From an uncultured Mollicutes bacterium (GTDB lineage: Bacteria > Bacillota_I > Bacilli_A > ML615J-28 > CAG-313): a stretch of DNA of 64,000 bases. A model generated the notes under the pieces. It was not told where the DNA came from and did no database searches. It saw only the letters and a list, made by a program, of their open reading frames with translations. Positions within the stretch are counted from its first letter, which is position 1; every line of letters starts with the position of its first letter. The stretch lies in assembly GCA_900548675.1 (NCBI GenBank), contig URLJ01000001.1, positions 9,012 to 73,011 of the forward strand. The letters run 5' to 3'. The position numbers and the translations under genes were made by a program. Positions 18,877-26,852 of this stretch are shown in pieces.

Positions 18877-18908
18877 CTTGGTGCGAACATACCAAGTACC
18901 TCTTTTTT
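18877..18908 (+). terminator. Plus-strand rho-independent terminator-like hairpin at the edge of the minus-strand tRNA cluster
   Basis: cttggt-gcgaacat-accaag followed by tacctcttttttta. Confidence 0.35.
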
Positions 18909-18920
18909 TAATCTATAATA

Positions 18921-18950
18921 ATTATACTATAATTTTAAATAAAAATCAAA
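18921..18950 (-). promoter_or_regulatory. Conserved early promoter cassette (minus; TTGATT variant)
   Basis: ttgatttttatttaaaattatag-tataat-tattatag. Confidence 0.6.
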
Positions 18951-19326
18951 TTTTTATTCCTTTATTTTCCAAATTTAATAAACATTCTGCTAAATAATCA
19001 TCATTATGCTCTTTATAAATCATTAATCCTCGTTGTGAAATATCTTTACCTAAAACAATAAATCTATTAACTTCTTCTTCGTTATATCGTTTGGATAATT
19101 GAGTACGCATCATTTTGGGATTTGGATTATATCCTCTTTGTCTCATTTCATTAAAAATTAAAATAGAATATGCCACTAAAAAACTTTCTGAATGATTAAA
19201 AACATAATTAACTACTGCGTGTTTTCTACCCCAGCCATTTCCTAATAAAGCTGCGCATTCTCTCCACTGTCCACATAATTGTTGTTGTGGTAATTTATGA
19301 ATTAAATTTTGATGCCATAATCTCAT
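18946..19326 (-). CDS. Hypothetical protein (MRLWHQ N-terminus; conserved Firmicute/phage family, function unknown)
   Basis: ORF. Confidence 0.5.
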   Translation of the reverse strand: MRLWHQNLIHKLPQQQLCGQWRECAALLGNGWGRKHAVVNYVFNHSESFLVAYSILIFNEMRQRGYNPNPKMMRTQLSKRYNEEEVNRFIVLGKDISQRGLMIYKEHNDDYLAECLLNLENKGIKI

Positions 19327-19356
19327 ATCACATCATTCCTTTCTAACTATAATATA

Positions 19357-19385
19357 ATTATACCATAGTTTGGAAAGAAAATCAA
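19357..19385 (-). promoter_or_regulatory. Conserved early promoter cassette (minus)
   Basis: ttgattttctttccaaactatgg-tataat-tatattatag. Confidence 0.6.
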
Positions 19386-19786
19386 ATTTCTTGAATTAAT
19401 TTTGCAACTTTTATTAATTTTTCATAATCTAATTGTTCTAATACTTTATAATCTTCTGCACTAGTTACTAATTTTAATTGGTCTAATAATGCTTTTTTAT
19501 GTGCGTTTCTAATTATTAATTGCAATTGAGCATGCGCTTTTATTGCTTCTTCTTTTTCTTTTTCAATTTGTTTGTTAGTTTTAACAATACATTCAACATT
19601 TTTTAACATAGTTTCATCATATCTAATATCTACGATATCAACTTGACTAACTCTTGCTAGCGCGAAGCCACTATTAGTATTAACAACTACAATATCGCCT
19701 ATTTCTACTCCGTCAAAATTATTATAAGTATATTCATTTCCGCTATAACTATCTTGGTAATTATTTTTAAATTGAACTTTTATCAT
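19382..19786 (-). CDS. Hypothetical protein
   Basis: ORF. Confidence 0.55.
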   Translation of the reverse strand: MIKVQFKNNYQDSYSGNEYTYNNFDGVEIGDIVVVNTNSGFALARVSQVDIVDIRYDETMLKNVECIVKTNKQIEKEKEEAIKAHAQLQLIIRNAHKKALLDQLKLVTSAEDYKVLEQLDYEKLIKVAKLIQEI

Positions 19787-19788
19787 AT

Positions 19789-20115
19789 TTATTCTCCTTT
19801 CTTTAATAATTTTTCAAAAATATGCGCGTTTTCTTCAATTAAATTACAAATATTATCTAACTGCTTTAAATAACCTTTTCCAATATTGCTTCTTAACAAT
19901 TCTGCACAAATTTCGGCGCAAATTTGTTCTTGAGAGTTTTTAAAATCAGCTGAATAAACTCTATGATAACTTACCGCGATTGGTATTTCACTTTCAAATA
20001 CGAATATAAGAATTTCGTTTTCACCAAAGACCAATTTAATATATCTATCATAATCGTCCTCCATTACATTATAATATATGTAATTAATCAAATCTTCTAA
20101 ATGGTCTACTTTCAT
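19789..20115 (-). CDS. Hypothetical protein
   Basis: ORF. Confidence 0.55.
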   Translation of the reverse strand: MKVDHLEDLINYIYYNVMEDDYDRYIKLVFGENEILIFVFESEIPIAVSYHRVYSADFKNSQEQICAEICAELLRSNIGKGYLKQLDNICNLIEENAHIFEKLLKKGE

Positions 20116-20117
20116 TC

Positions 20118-20429
20118 TTATTCCTCCCAGAATTCAATATTATCTATATGTTCTTTACACACCTTTGATATTTTTTGCACAAAATAAATAAAATTTGGAT
20201 TATATTCTACAACAATTAAACAAGGTTTAAAATCATCAAAGGTAGTTTGTAATACTCTACCTCCAAATTTTAAATTCCATTCTGCTAAAAAATCTATAAT
20301 GGTTCCATCACTTATACAAATATAATTTTCACTCCAATAATTATCATATTTTCTTCGTTTATTAAAAGAAACATATTGTTTCTTCATTGCTGGGTTTTTA
20401 ACTTTCTCTTTTATTCTCATATTTATCAA
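20118..20429 (-). CDS. Hypothetical protein
   Basis: ORF. Confidence 0.55.
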   Translation of the reverse strand: MINMRIKEKVKNPAMKKQYVSFNKRRKYDNYWSENYICISDGTIIDFLAEWNLKFGGRVLQTTFDDFKPCLIVVEYNPNFIYFVQKISKVCKEHIDNIEFWEE

Positions 20430-20441
20430 CTCTCTTTCTTA

Positions 20442-20519
20442 TGGTAGACGCAGAGAGACTCGAACTCCCGACCCACGCTTTAGAAGAGCGTTGCTCTAAT
20501 CCATCTGAGCTATGCGTCT
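20442..20519 (-). tRNA. tRNA-Arg(UCU)
   Basis: Perfect acceptor agacgca/tgcgtct, D-arm tagctcagatggattagagc, anticodon loop ctTCTaa, T-arm gggagttcgagtctctc, CCA encoded. Confidence 0.8.
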
Positions 20520-20639
20520 ATAAGTGGCAGCTACTCGGCGAAACTGCCTGCGGAATATTGTTAACACTTTTTATGTTAGAATTGGCTCCTAGAGCATATA
20601 TCCTACATTCCTTTTACCAACTTTGCAACCGAGTTCTTT

Positions 20640-20716
20640 TGGTACTCGATGATGGAATCGAACCATCGACCTCTGCGTTATCAGCACAGCGCTCTAACCG
20701 ACTGAGCTAATCGAGT
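20640..20716 (-). tRNA. tRNA-Ile(GAU)
   Basis: Perfect acceptor actcgat/atcgagt, D-arm tagctcagtcggttagagc, anticodon loop ctGATaa, T-arm gatggttcgattccatc, CCA encoded. Confidence 0.8.
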
Positions 20717-20719
20717 ATA

Positions 20720-20905
20720 TTATTGTTCAAAATCACCTTCGTAAAAAATTAAGCCTATTAACATTCCCAAAATTGAAGAAACTAATAATCCTCCTAAAAA
20801 ACTTGCTTGAAATGCCATCCAAGACATACTGATTGTACCTCCTGCAACACCTATAATTATTAAATAAAACCCAAGTTTTTTAAAAAATACCCTTGTCTTA
20901 CTCAT
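20720..20905 (-). CDS. Small membrane protein
   Basis: Two hydrophobic helices. Confidence 0.5.
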   Translation of the reverse strand: MSKTRVFFKKLGFYLIIIGVAGGTISMSWMAFQASFLGGLLVSSILGMLIGLIFYEGDFEQ

Positions 20906-20925
20906 TTCTTTCCTCCTATAATATA

Positions 20926-20954
20926 ATTATATAACAATTTTTATGTAAAATCAA
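20926..20954 (-). promoter_or_regulatory. Conserved early promoter cassette (minus)
   Basis: ttgattttacataaaaattgtta-tataat-tatattatagg. Confidence 0.6.
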
Positions 20955-21011
20955 CTTTATAAAAGGAATGCGCGAAAAGTAAGAAAATTATGCTTTCCGC
21001 GCCGTAGTCTA

Positions 21012-21218
21012 TTAATTTGTTAAATCTTTTACTGTGTTTTTTGTTGTGTCTATTGGATGTTCTACTGTTTGTTCAATTCCTCGCACGAAGCCTTTGTCAT
21101 CTTTTTTTACTATTTCGTAATTATTAACTAAGGTATAAGTTACACCTACTGTTAACATTATAGCTAGTATAATAAGAAGCCAATGCCACCAGTGCCAATG
21201 AAAATCTCTGTGTTCCAT
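21012..21218 (-). CDS. Small membrane protein (His/Trp-rich N-terminus)
   Basis: ORF with one transmembrane segment. Confidence 0.5.
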   Translation of the reverse strand: MEHRDFHWHWWHWLLIILAIMLTVGVTYTLVNNYEIVKKDDKGFVRGIEQTVEHPIDTTKNTVKDLTN

Positions 21219-21271
21219 AGCAAAACTCCTTTTATATATATTAAATCAAAAGAGGTTGCCCTCAATTGATT

Positions 21272-22789
21272 TTATAATCTAACAACATCATATATTGAAT
21301 CATTTAGTGTTTTTAACATTGTGTTATATGGGTCTTCATCCACCGCCATTAATACGCTTCTAAAAGCTGAAACAGATTGCCCACTTACCATTGCAATATT
21401 TTTTTGTTCGCATACTCCGTGATATACATCTTGTCTACTATCTACGTTCCAATATATTATTTTTGGAATAATATATCCGTGACGTTGAAATCTCATTGCA
21501 ATTTCATCCATTAGTTTGTTTTGTCTTGCAATTTCAGTATTTCCATACATTGATGAATAACGTGTTCCAGTTGCTCCATCAAATTCCATATCTGAAATTA
21601 TTACAATCGCTTTAGGCATATCTTCTTGTGTTAATTTGTTGTTAATAGCAGTTTGTAACACTAAATTAAACGCAGCTTCTATATTAGTATTGTCGACAAT
21701 TGCTGGAATGCTTCTAACTTTTTCAGCTAAATTTAAACCTTTTAACTCTACAAAATTTGGTTTTGATGAGAAAGTCATAAAATTATTATGCCAAGGTCCA
21801 TTATTTCTTTCAGCAAAGTAAATTGCTAATCCTATTGAAGTACAAATTGGTCTTCCACTCATTGAGCCAGAAGTGTCTGCCATTACTAATATATTGTTGT
21901 TTCCTTCAATATAATTTGGTAATGCTTTCCATTGTTCTTCAAGTACTTCATCCCATTTGTTAAAACTAAAATTACTGCTTCTCCAATTTTCTGACAATCC
22001 TGCGGCTTCCATTATATCATAAGGATATAATGTTTTTGCATTAATTTTTTCTTCTCCTGATTTTACTTTTTCAATGTACTCTTTAAATTTGATTAAATTA
22101 TGCTCTCCAAAAGCATTTCTATATTTTTTCATTGCCAATGAAGGTACTTCATTGTACACAATTTTATCCCATTCATTTTTGCTCATATTTCTTTCAACTA
22201 TATTAAGTTGTTTTCTTAATTTTGATAAAATTTGTCTATATTCTTTATATGAATAATGTAATTTTTTTGCAGTTAATTTACCTAATTTAGCGCTTTCGAT
22301 TGACACACCAGATGTTGACTTTAACCATTTTGCTAATAAACTAATTTGTTTACCTGCCTCAAGCGCAGCTAAATCAGCTTCCAATTGATTTTTTATAACA
22401 TCAAATGCTAAATCTTCCAATGGTGTTTTTACAAATTCATATAAATCATCCCATCTACCAAAAATAGGCACTAAATTAATATTTTTTGCCATAACTTCTT
22501 GATGATAGTTTGCTAAATATTTTATTAAAATACGAAATGTTCTTCTTTCTCCAAGTCCACCTCTAATATTTCTTGCATAAAATAACATTTTCATAGCTAA
22601 TAGTTGGTCTTCGGCAAAAGCTTTAATAAATTTCGTTTCAATTTCTTGTGAAGGTCTTGTTCTTAACGCACCAATTACTGCGAATAAATCTAATAAATCT
22701 GAATTTGTTGTTCTATATGCTATCGCTCCATTTTCTGTTAATGTTTCGTTTGTTTCATTTTTAATACTTTTTATAAAATTTTCACTCAT
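21272..22789 (-). CDS. von Willebrand factor A (vWA) domain protein with a long helical N-terminal region; possibly Ro60/TROVE-like
   Basis: MIDAS motif ILVMADTSGSMSG around residue 305, followed by IVIISDMEFDG; the N-terminal 300 aa are unassigned. Confidence 0.6.
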   Translation of the reverse strand: MSENFIKSIKNETNETLTENGAIAYRTTNSDLLDLFAVIGALRTRPSQEIETKFIKAFAEDQLLAMKMLFYARNIRGGLGERRTFRILIKYLANYHQEVMAKNINLVPIFGRWDDLYEFVKTPLEDLAFDVIKNQLEADLAALEAGKQISLLAKWLKSTSGVSIESAKLGKLTAKKLHYSYKEYRQILSKLRKQLNIVERNMSKNEWDKIVYNEVPSLAMKKYRNAFGEHNLIKFKEYIEKVKSGEEKINAKTLYPYDIMEAAGLSENWRSSNFSFNKWDEVLEEQWKALPNYIEGNNNILVMADTSGSMSGRPICTSIGLAIYFAERNNGPWHNNFMTFSSKPNFVELKGLNLAEKVRSIPAIVDNTNIEAAFNLVLQTAINNKLTQEDMPKAIVIISDMEFDGATGTRYSSMYGNTEIARQNKLMDEIAMRFQRHGYIIPKIIYWNVDSRQDVYHGVCEQKNIAMVSGQSVSAFRSVLMAVDEDPYNTMLKTLNDSIYDVVRL

Positions 22790-23379
22790 TTTAAACCTCC
22801 ATTTTCCTAAATAAAGACAAGGCGCTTATAACATTTCCTTTTGAGCAGGAAATTTAGGATTTGAACCTAAATAAACCAATAACGAATTTGCTGGATGCGC
22901 CTTTAAAACTAGGGACTGATATCATTTTTCGGACTACACGTCTGACTTAATATACAATAAATTGCTGGCTGTCCCTACAATATAATATTTTTAATTTAAC
23001 TCGTGTTTGAAAGATGTTCTTGGCATATTACTGGGGTCGCCTCAATCTTTCCTCCCACGACATTGTAAGCTTTTCGCATGGAGCGAAATACTTTCTAATT
23101 TGATGTTTTATCAAATTCCAAAATTACAAAAAATTGTAATACTGCTTTTACGCATTTGCTGTATGACCCCTTAGATTACTAAAAGTATGTGTAATTGTGT
23201 TCGATATTAACTTTGACACTTTGCTGGGCTCGTCTCTGTTAATATCTTGCACCTAATATGTTCTGGAGCTTACTCCTCGTAAGCATTGTTGGACAAACCA
23301 ACCTAATTTGTATCTAAAATACAAACTGTCTTTTTCAAGACGATTGCTGTGTGAGCCCTTATTTATTTTCTATAATATA
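22790..23379 (-). other. About 590-nt non-coding leader with a tRNA-like T-arm and mini-helix immediately upstream of the vWA gene (candidate Y-RNA-like or other ncRNA)
   Basis: Minus RNA uuuagguucaaauccuaaa (T-arm-like; reverse complement at 22852-22870), then uuuccugcucaaaaggaaa hairpin, then the RBS ggagg; no ORF above 30 aa. Confidence 0.3.
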
Positions 23380-23408
23380 ATTATAGCAGAAATTTTATTT
23401 AAAATCAA
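23380..23408 (-). promoter_or_regulatory. Conserved early promoter cassette (minus)
   Basis: ttgattttaaataaaatttctgc-tataat-tatattatag. Confidence 0.6.
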
Positions 23409-23518
23409 CTATTTAATTATAGATTTCCACTGTATAACCATAATGTTCTAATAATTGTTTCATATTAAAAACTCCTACTGGATTTGCGCTATGAATATAG
23501 ATTTTATTGCATTTAATA

Positions 23519-23728
23519 TTATTCTCCACTATTAGTTTTGCAATATCGTAACCAGTTTTTTCTTCGCCGTAAATCGTGGTCTAAATCTACAATATCAAAT
23601 CTATAAACTAATAAATTTTTAAGTGCTTGTTCATAATTACGAGCAATAGTTACTTTATTTATTTCTTCTTTCCAAATTTTTGGAAATCTTACATCATCAA
23701 CATATAGAATATTTTTCATAATTATCAC
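23519..23728 (-). CDS. Receiver (CheY-like) domain-like protein, N-terminal part; appears truncated by a frameshift at an A-run, with continuation in another frame down to about 23413
   Basis: N-terminus MKNILYVDD...FDIVDLDHDL; the adjacent frame encodes ...GYDIAKLIVENNIKCNKIYIHSANPVGVFNMKQLLEHYGYTVEIYN and ends at 23413-23415. Confidence 0.4.
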   Translation of the reverse strand: MIIMKNILYVDDVRFPKIWKEEINKVTIARNYEQALKNLLVYRFDIVDLDHDLRRRKNWLRYCKTNSGE

Positions 23729-23749
23729 TCACTTTCTTAATTTATAATA

Positions 23750-23779
23750 ATTATATTACAATTTTAACTTAAAATCAAA
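23750..23779 (-). promoter_or_regulatory. Conserved early promoter cassette (minus)
   Basis: ttgattttaagttaaaattgtaa-tataat-tattataaatt. Confidence 0.6.
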
Positions 23780-23786
23780 TTTTTAA

Positions 23787-23862
23787 TGGAGTCCTGTATT
23801 GGAATTGAACCAATGATAACGGTTTTGCAGACCGTCGCCTTAACCAACTTGGCTAACAGGAC
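23787..23862 (-). tRNA. tRNA-Cys(GCA)
   Basis: Perfect acceptor gtcctgt/acaggac, anticodon loop ctGCAaa, T-arm attggttcaattccaat, CCA encoded. Confidence 0.8.
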
Positions 23863-23865
23863 AAA

Positions 23866-23940
23866 TGGTGCGTCTACTAGGAGTCGAACCTAGAGCTCAG
23901 GGTTCGTAGCCCTGCATTTTATCCATTAAACTATAAACGC
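23866..23940 (-). tRNA. tRNA-Arg(ACG)
   Basis: Acceptor gcgttta/tagacgc, anticodon stem caggg/ccctg, loop ctACGaa, T-arm ctaggttcgactcctag, CCA encoded. Confidence 0.75.
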
Positions 23941-23943
23941 ATA

Positions 23944-24017
23944 TGGGGTAGACTGACGGTTACGCTCCGTCGTCTGGAGTGCCACAAACTCCCGTTCTAC
24001 TATTGAACTAAGCCTAC
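23944..24017 (-). tRNA. tRNA-His(GUG), with an atypical T-loop
   Basis: Acceptor gtaggct/agtctac, discriminator C, D-arm tagttcaatagtagaac, anticodon loop ttGTGgc; T-stem gacgg/ccgtc with unusual loop agcgtaa; CCA encoded. Confidence 0.55.
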
Positions 24018-24054
24018 ACCCAAACTCACTTTATAAGTGAGCAAAGGTCTAAAC

Positions 24055-24519
24055 TTAATACCATAAACAACTATAATATTCTATAAATAGTTGCATACCT
24101 TCTCTTTTAGCTTCTCTATCAATACCTTCATATCCTTCGCGCGGACCGGTTAAATCTATCTTAAAAGCCAAAATCATTTTATCTAAAATAGATAACCATT
24201 TATCGTGCGCAGCTTTATTAGCTTGTTCTCTTTCGTGGTCATTTTCCCAATTATATTTATTTGGTGTTAAACATCCTGGAGTACATAATGGGGCTATATA
24301 CTCTCTAAAATAACATAATTTAGAGTATATAAATAAACTTAAAGTATTGTCCAAACTAAAAAATTCATAATCACAAAAACCTTCTTTATCTTCTTTATTA
24401 CGACAATCTGCCGCAGCAACGTGGTCTAAATTTTCATCTTTTTCTAATTTTGGACTAAAAACTCCTGGCATATCATACCATTCAAAACCTAATTCTTTCA
24501 AATATTTATTTATTTTCAT
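24055..24519 (-). CDS. Hypothetical protein
   Basis: ORF. Confidence 0.55.
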   Translation of the reverse strand: MKINKYLKELGFEWYDMPGVFSPKLEKDENLDHVAAADCRNKEDKEGFCDYEFFSLDNTLSLFIYSKLCYFREYIAPLCTPGCLTPNKYNWENDHEREQANKAAHDKWLSILDKMILAFKIDLTGPREGYEGIDREAKREGMQLFIEYYSCLWY

Positions 24520-25640
24520 AATAATACTACCACCTTATCTATCGCGCGAGTTATAGCAGTATATAGCCATCTACGATATTCTTCTCCTTGAAGCCAACAA
24601 TCATCATAAACTAATACTTTATTAAATTGGGAACCTTGCGCCTTGTGAACTGTGATTGCATATCCAAAATCCATTTCAATAGACTTTTTAGGTAATACTT
24701 TCCCTCGTTTAGTGTATTCTATAAAAGGTTTTCCCTCTTTTAATAACTTGTGGTCTAATAATAATTCTCCAAAACTATCTTCTCCAATATTGAAAGTCGC
24801 ACGAATAGTATTTGTCATTTTAGTATTAATATTTGAAACCTGCCCTGTTAATCCATTAACCAAACATTCACCATTTAAAGATGCATAATCCCAATAATTT
24901 TTTATACAAATTAACTTATCATTTTCATTTAAGGTATCAGTAAATCCTAATAATTTTCTAATTTGATTATTTAAATTTTTACGAGTGTCATTCTTCGCAC
25001 ATAAAATTTGGTCAGCCCATAACAACATTCCTTCATTTAAATTAGATTTGTTATAAGTTTGAATATTTGTACCTTTTATACCAGTTTTTAAATTTTTGCC
25101 TTCACGCAATTGCATTGAATACTTTATAATATCATTGTCCAAAGCTTGGCGCATAACTTCTGTTAAAAAAATATGTGGTTTATTTAACAATCCATTATCG
25201 CTGTCTTTATCAATTGGCGGCAATTGAAATGGGTCTCCCAACGCTATTACATATCTATTATGTTTCATTAATAAATTCCATAATTTTTTTGGACACATTG
25301 AAATTTCGTCTACAATAATTAATTTTAGTTCTTCATCTAATTCTGGCTTTGGTCTATGCACAAAACCACCGTAACCATTTGGATAAGATTTATATAATAA
25401 CTTATGTAAAGTCATCGCGGCTTTACCTTGATTTTGCAAAACTAATGCAGCCTTACCTGTAAAAGAAGCGTATGCCACTTCGTCTTCTGCAAATCCAAAG
25501 GCGTCAACGATTGCATTAACTAAATAACTTTTCCCTGTTCCTGCATATCCTGCAATTACAGTATAAGGTTTACCTTCTTTATATCTTTGAAGACAAATTT
25601 CTAAACCTTCTTGTTGTTTTTTAGTTAAATTATAACCCAT
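24516..25640 (-). CDS. SF1 DNA helicase (Dda/RecD-like)
   Basis: Walker A GYAGTGKS, Walker B IIVDEISM, motif III GDPFQLPP, motif VI ITVHKAQGSQF. Confidence 0.85.
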   Translation of the reverse strand: MGYNLTKKQQEGLEICLQRYKEGKPYTVIAGYAGTGKSYLVNAIVDAFGFAEDEVAYASFTGKAALVLQNQGKAAMTLHKLLYKSYPNGYGGFVHRPKPELDEELKLIIVDEISMCPKKLWNLLMKHNRYVIALGDPFQLPPIDKDSDNGLLNKPHIFLTEVMRQALDNDIIKYSMQLREGKNLKTGIKGTNIQTYNKSNLNEGMLLWADQILCAKNDTRKNLNNQIRKLLGFTDTLNENDKLICIKNYWDYASLNGECLVNGLTGQVSNINTKMTNTIRATFNIGEDSFGELLLDHKLLKEGKPFIEYTKRGKVLPKKSIEMDFGYAITVHKAQGSQFNKVLVYDDCWLQGEEYRRWLYTAITRAIDKVVVLL

Positions 25641-25935
25641 ATTTTTCTTTCCTCCATAGCTCCCAAAAATCTGATTTAATTATAAAATCATTCATTTCTT
25701 CAAAAATTTTATGCATAAAGAAATCAGATTCTCCTCTTATCCATTCTCTAATTATTCTATTTCTATTAGGTTCTAATTCATCTATTAATTCATAAAGATA
25801 ATAACTTACACCATCTAATTGCGCTTTTTGGTATTGTCGTACCCAAAATCTATTCTCAAATACGTCTTCCTTTAATGACTTATTAAATTCTCTTACTTTT
25901 TTATTTACTTTTTTATCTGTTTTTGTTTTACTCAC
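25630..25935 (-). CDS. Hypothetical protein
   Basis: ORF. Confidence 0.5.
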   Translation of the reverse strand: MSKTKTDKKVNKKVREFNKSLKEDVFENRFWVRQYQKAQLDGVSYYLYELIDELEPNRNRIIREWIRGESDFFMHKIFEEMNDFIIKSDFWELWRKEKYGL

Positions 25936-26157
25936 TAATAATCACCAAACCATTCATTTATACTTTTTTCTGCAAAGCCCATTGCAGCTGCAAATTCTTT
26001 ACACATACAATAATAGCTTTCTAAACTCATTATTTGTCCATCGCTTTCTTCACCATACCAAACTTTTTCCATTTTGCAAGTTTCATTATAAGCATCTTGT
26101 CTAGTATTGTCAATTAATTGAAATCTCATTGTATTTTTATTTTTCTTTCCCATAATA
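25935..26157 (-). CDS. Hypothetical protein (start at the internal Met with RBS aaggag)
   Basis: The track ORF 25935-26255 overlaps 26158-26364; the RBS-supported start MGKKNKNTMRF at 26157 removes the overlap. Confidence 0.45.
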
Positions 26158-26364
26158 TTAATCTCCTTCTTTTTCCCAAATATGTTGCCCACGCACTTTA
26201 CCTCGTGGAACTTCACCTTTTTCAAACCATCCACAATCTTTTCGTCTATCTGCACATAAATAACAGCATCCTATTGCACAAGTGTTGTGAAAACCAACTA
26301 TATCTAAATCATAATAAAATTTACATTCTTCACATTTTGTATATTTTTCTTCTTCTTTTTCCAT
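26158..26364 (-). CDS. Small Cys-rich (zinc-binding) protein
   Basis: CEECKF ... CAIGCCYLCADRRKDCGWF. Confidence 0.5.
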   Translation of the reverse strand: MEKEEEKYTKCEECKFYYDLDIVGFHNTCAIGCCYLCADRRKDCGWFEKGEVPRGKVRGQHIWEKEGD

Positions 26365-26378
26365 ATTAATTACTCCTT

Positions 26379-26469
26379 TGGCGCGACGAGATGGATTCGA
26401 ACCATCGGTGGCCTTTCGACCACGCTTCCTTAGCAGGGAAGTGGTTTAAGCCAGCTCACCCATCGCCGC
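26379..26469 (-). tRNA. tRNA-Ser(GCU) with long variable arm
   Basis: Acceptor gcggcga/tcgtcgc, anticodon loop ctGCTaa, long variable arm, T-arm gatggttcgaatccatc, CCA encoded. Confidence 0.8.
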
Positions 26470-26471
26470 AT

Positions 26472-26705
26472 TTAATATTTTCCTTCTTGTTTCATTTTTA
26501 TTATCATATCTTCCAATTCATCTTGCGAATAATAATAATCTCTTAATTCAATATGATTGTGAGTATGTTCGCATTTAAAACAATAAAAATTTTTATAGTG
26601 TCCAAACTTTTTTTGTTTCGCTGTTTTTCTAAATATTGTATGAATTGTCCCACATCTTGGGCAATAAAGCTTAGTCTCTGTCGTGCTTTGTTTCATAATT
26701 ATCAA
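26472..26705 (-). CDS. Zinc-finger hypothetical protein
   Basis: CPRCG ... CFKCEH. Confidence 0.5.
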   Translation of the reverse strand: MIIMKQSTTETKLYCPRCGTIHTIFRKTAKQKKFGHYKNFYCFKCEHTHNHIELRDYYYSQDELEDMIIKMKQEGKY

Positions 26706-26731
26706 CTTCTTTCTTAATTTATTCTATAATA

Positions 26732-26760
26732 ATTATATTACAATTTTAACTTAAAGTCAA
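26732..26760 (-). promoter_or_regulatory. Conserved early promoter cassette (minus)
   Basis: ttgactttaagttaaaattgtaa-tataat-tattatagaat. Confidence 0.65.
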
Positions 26761-26852
26761 TTTTTTTAAATAAAAACAAGGCGCAATATCTAATACCCAA
26801 AATTAGTCGCTCGTAAAGGTCGAGCCAAGAGAATGCTGTATGCGCCTTTCTA

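Noticed and set aside
20441-20710. Plus-strand 89-aa ORF
   Set aside because: Spans tRNA-Arg and tRNA-Ile on the opposite strand.
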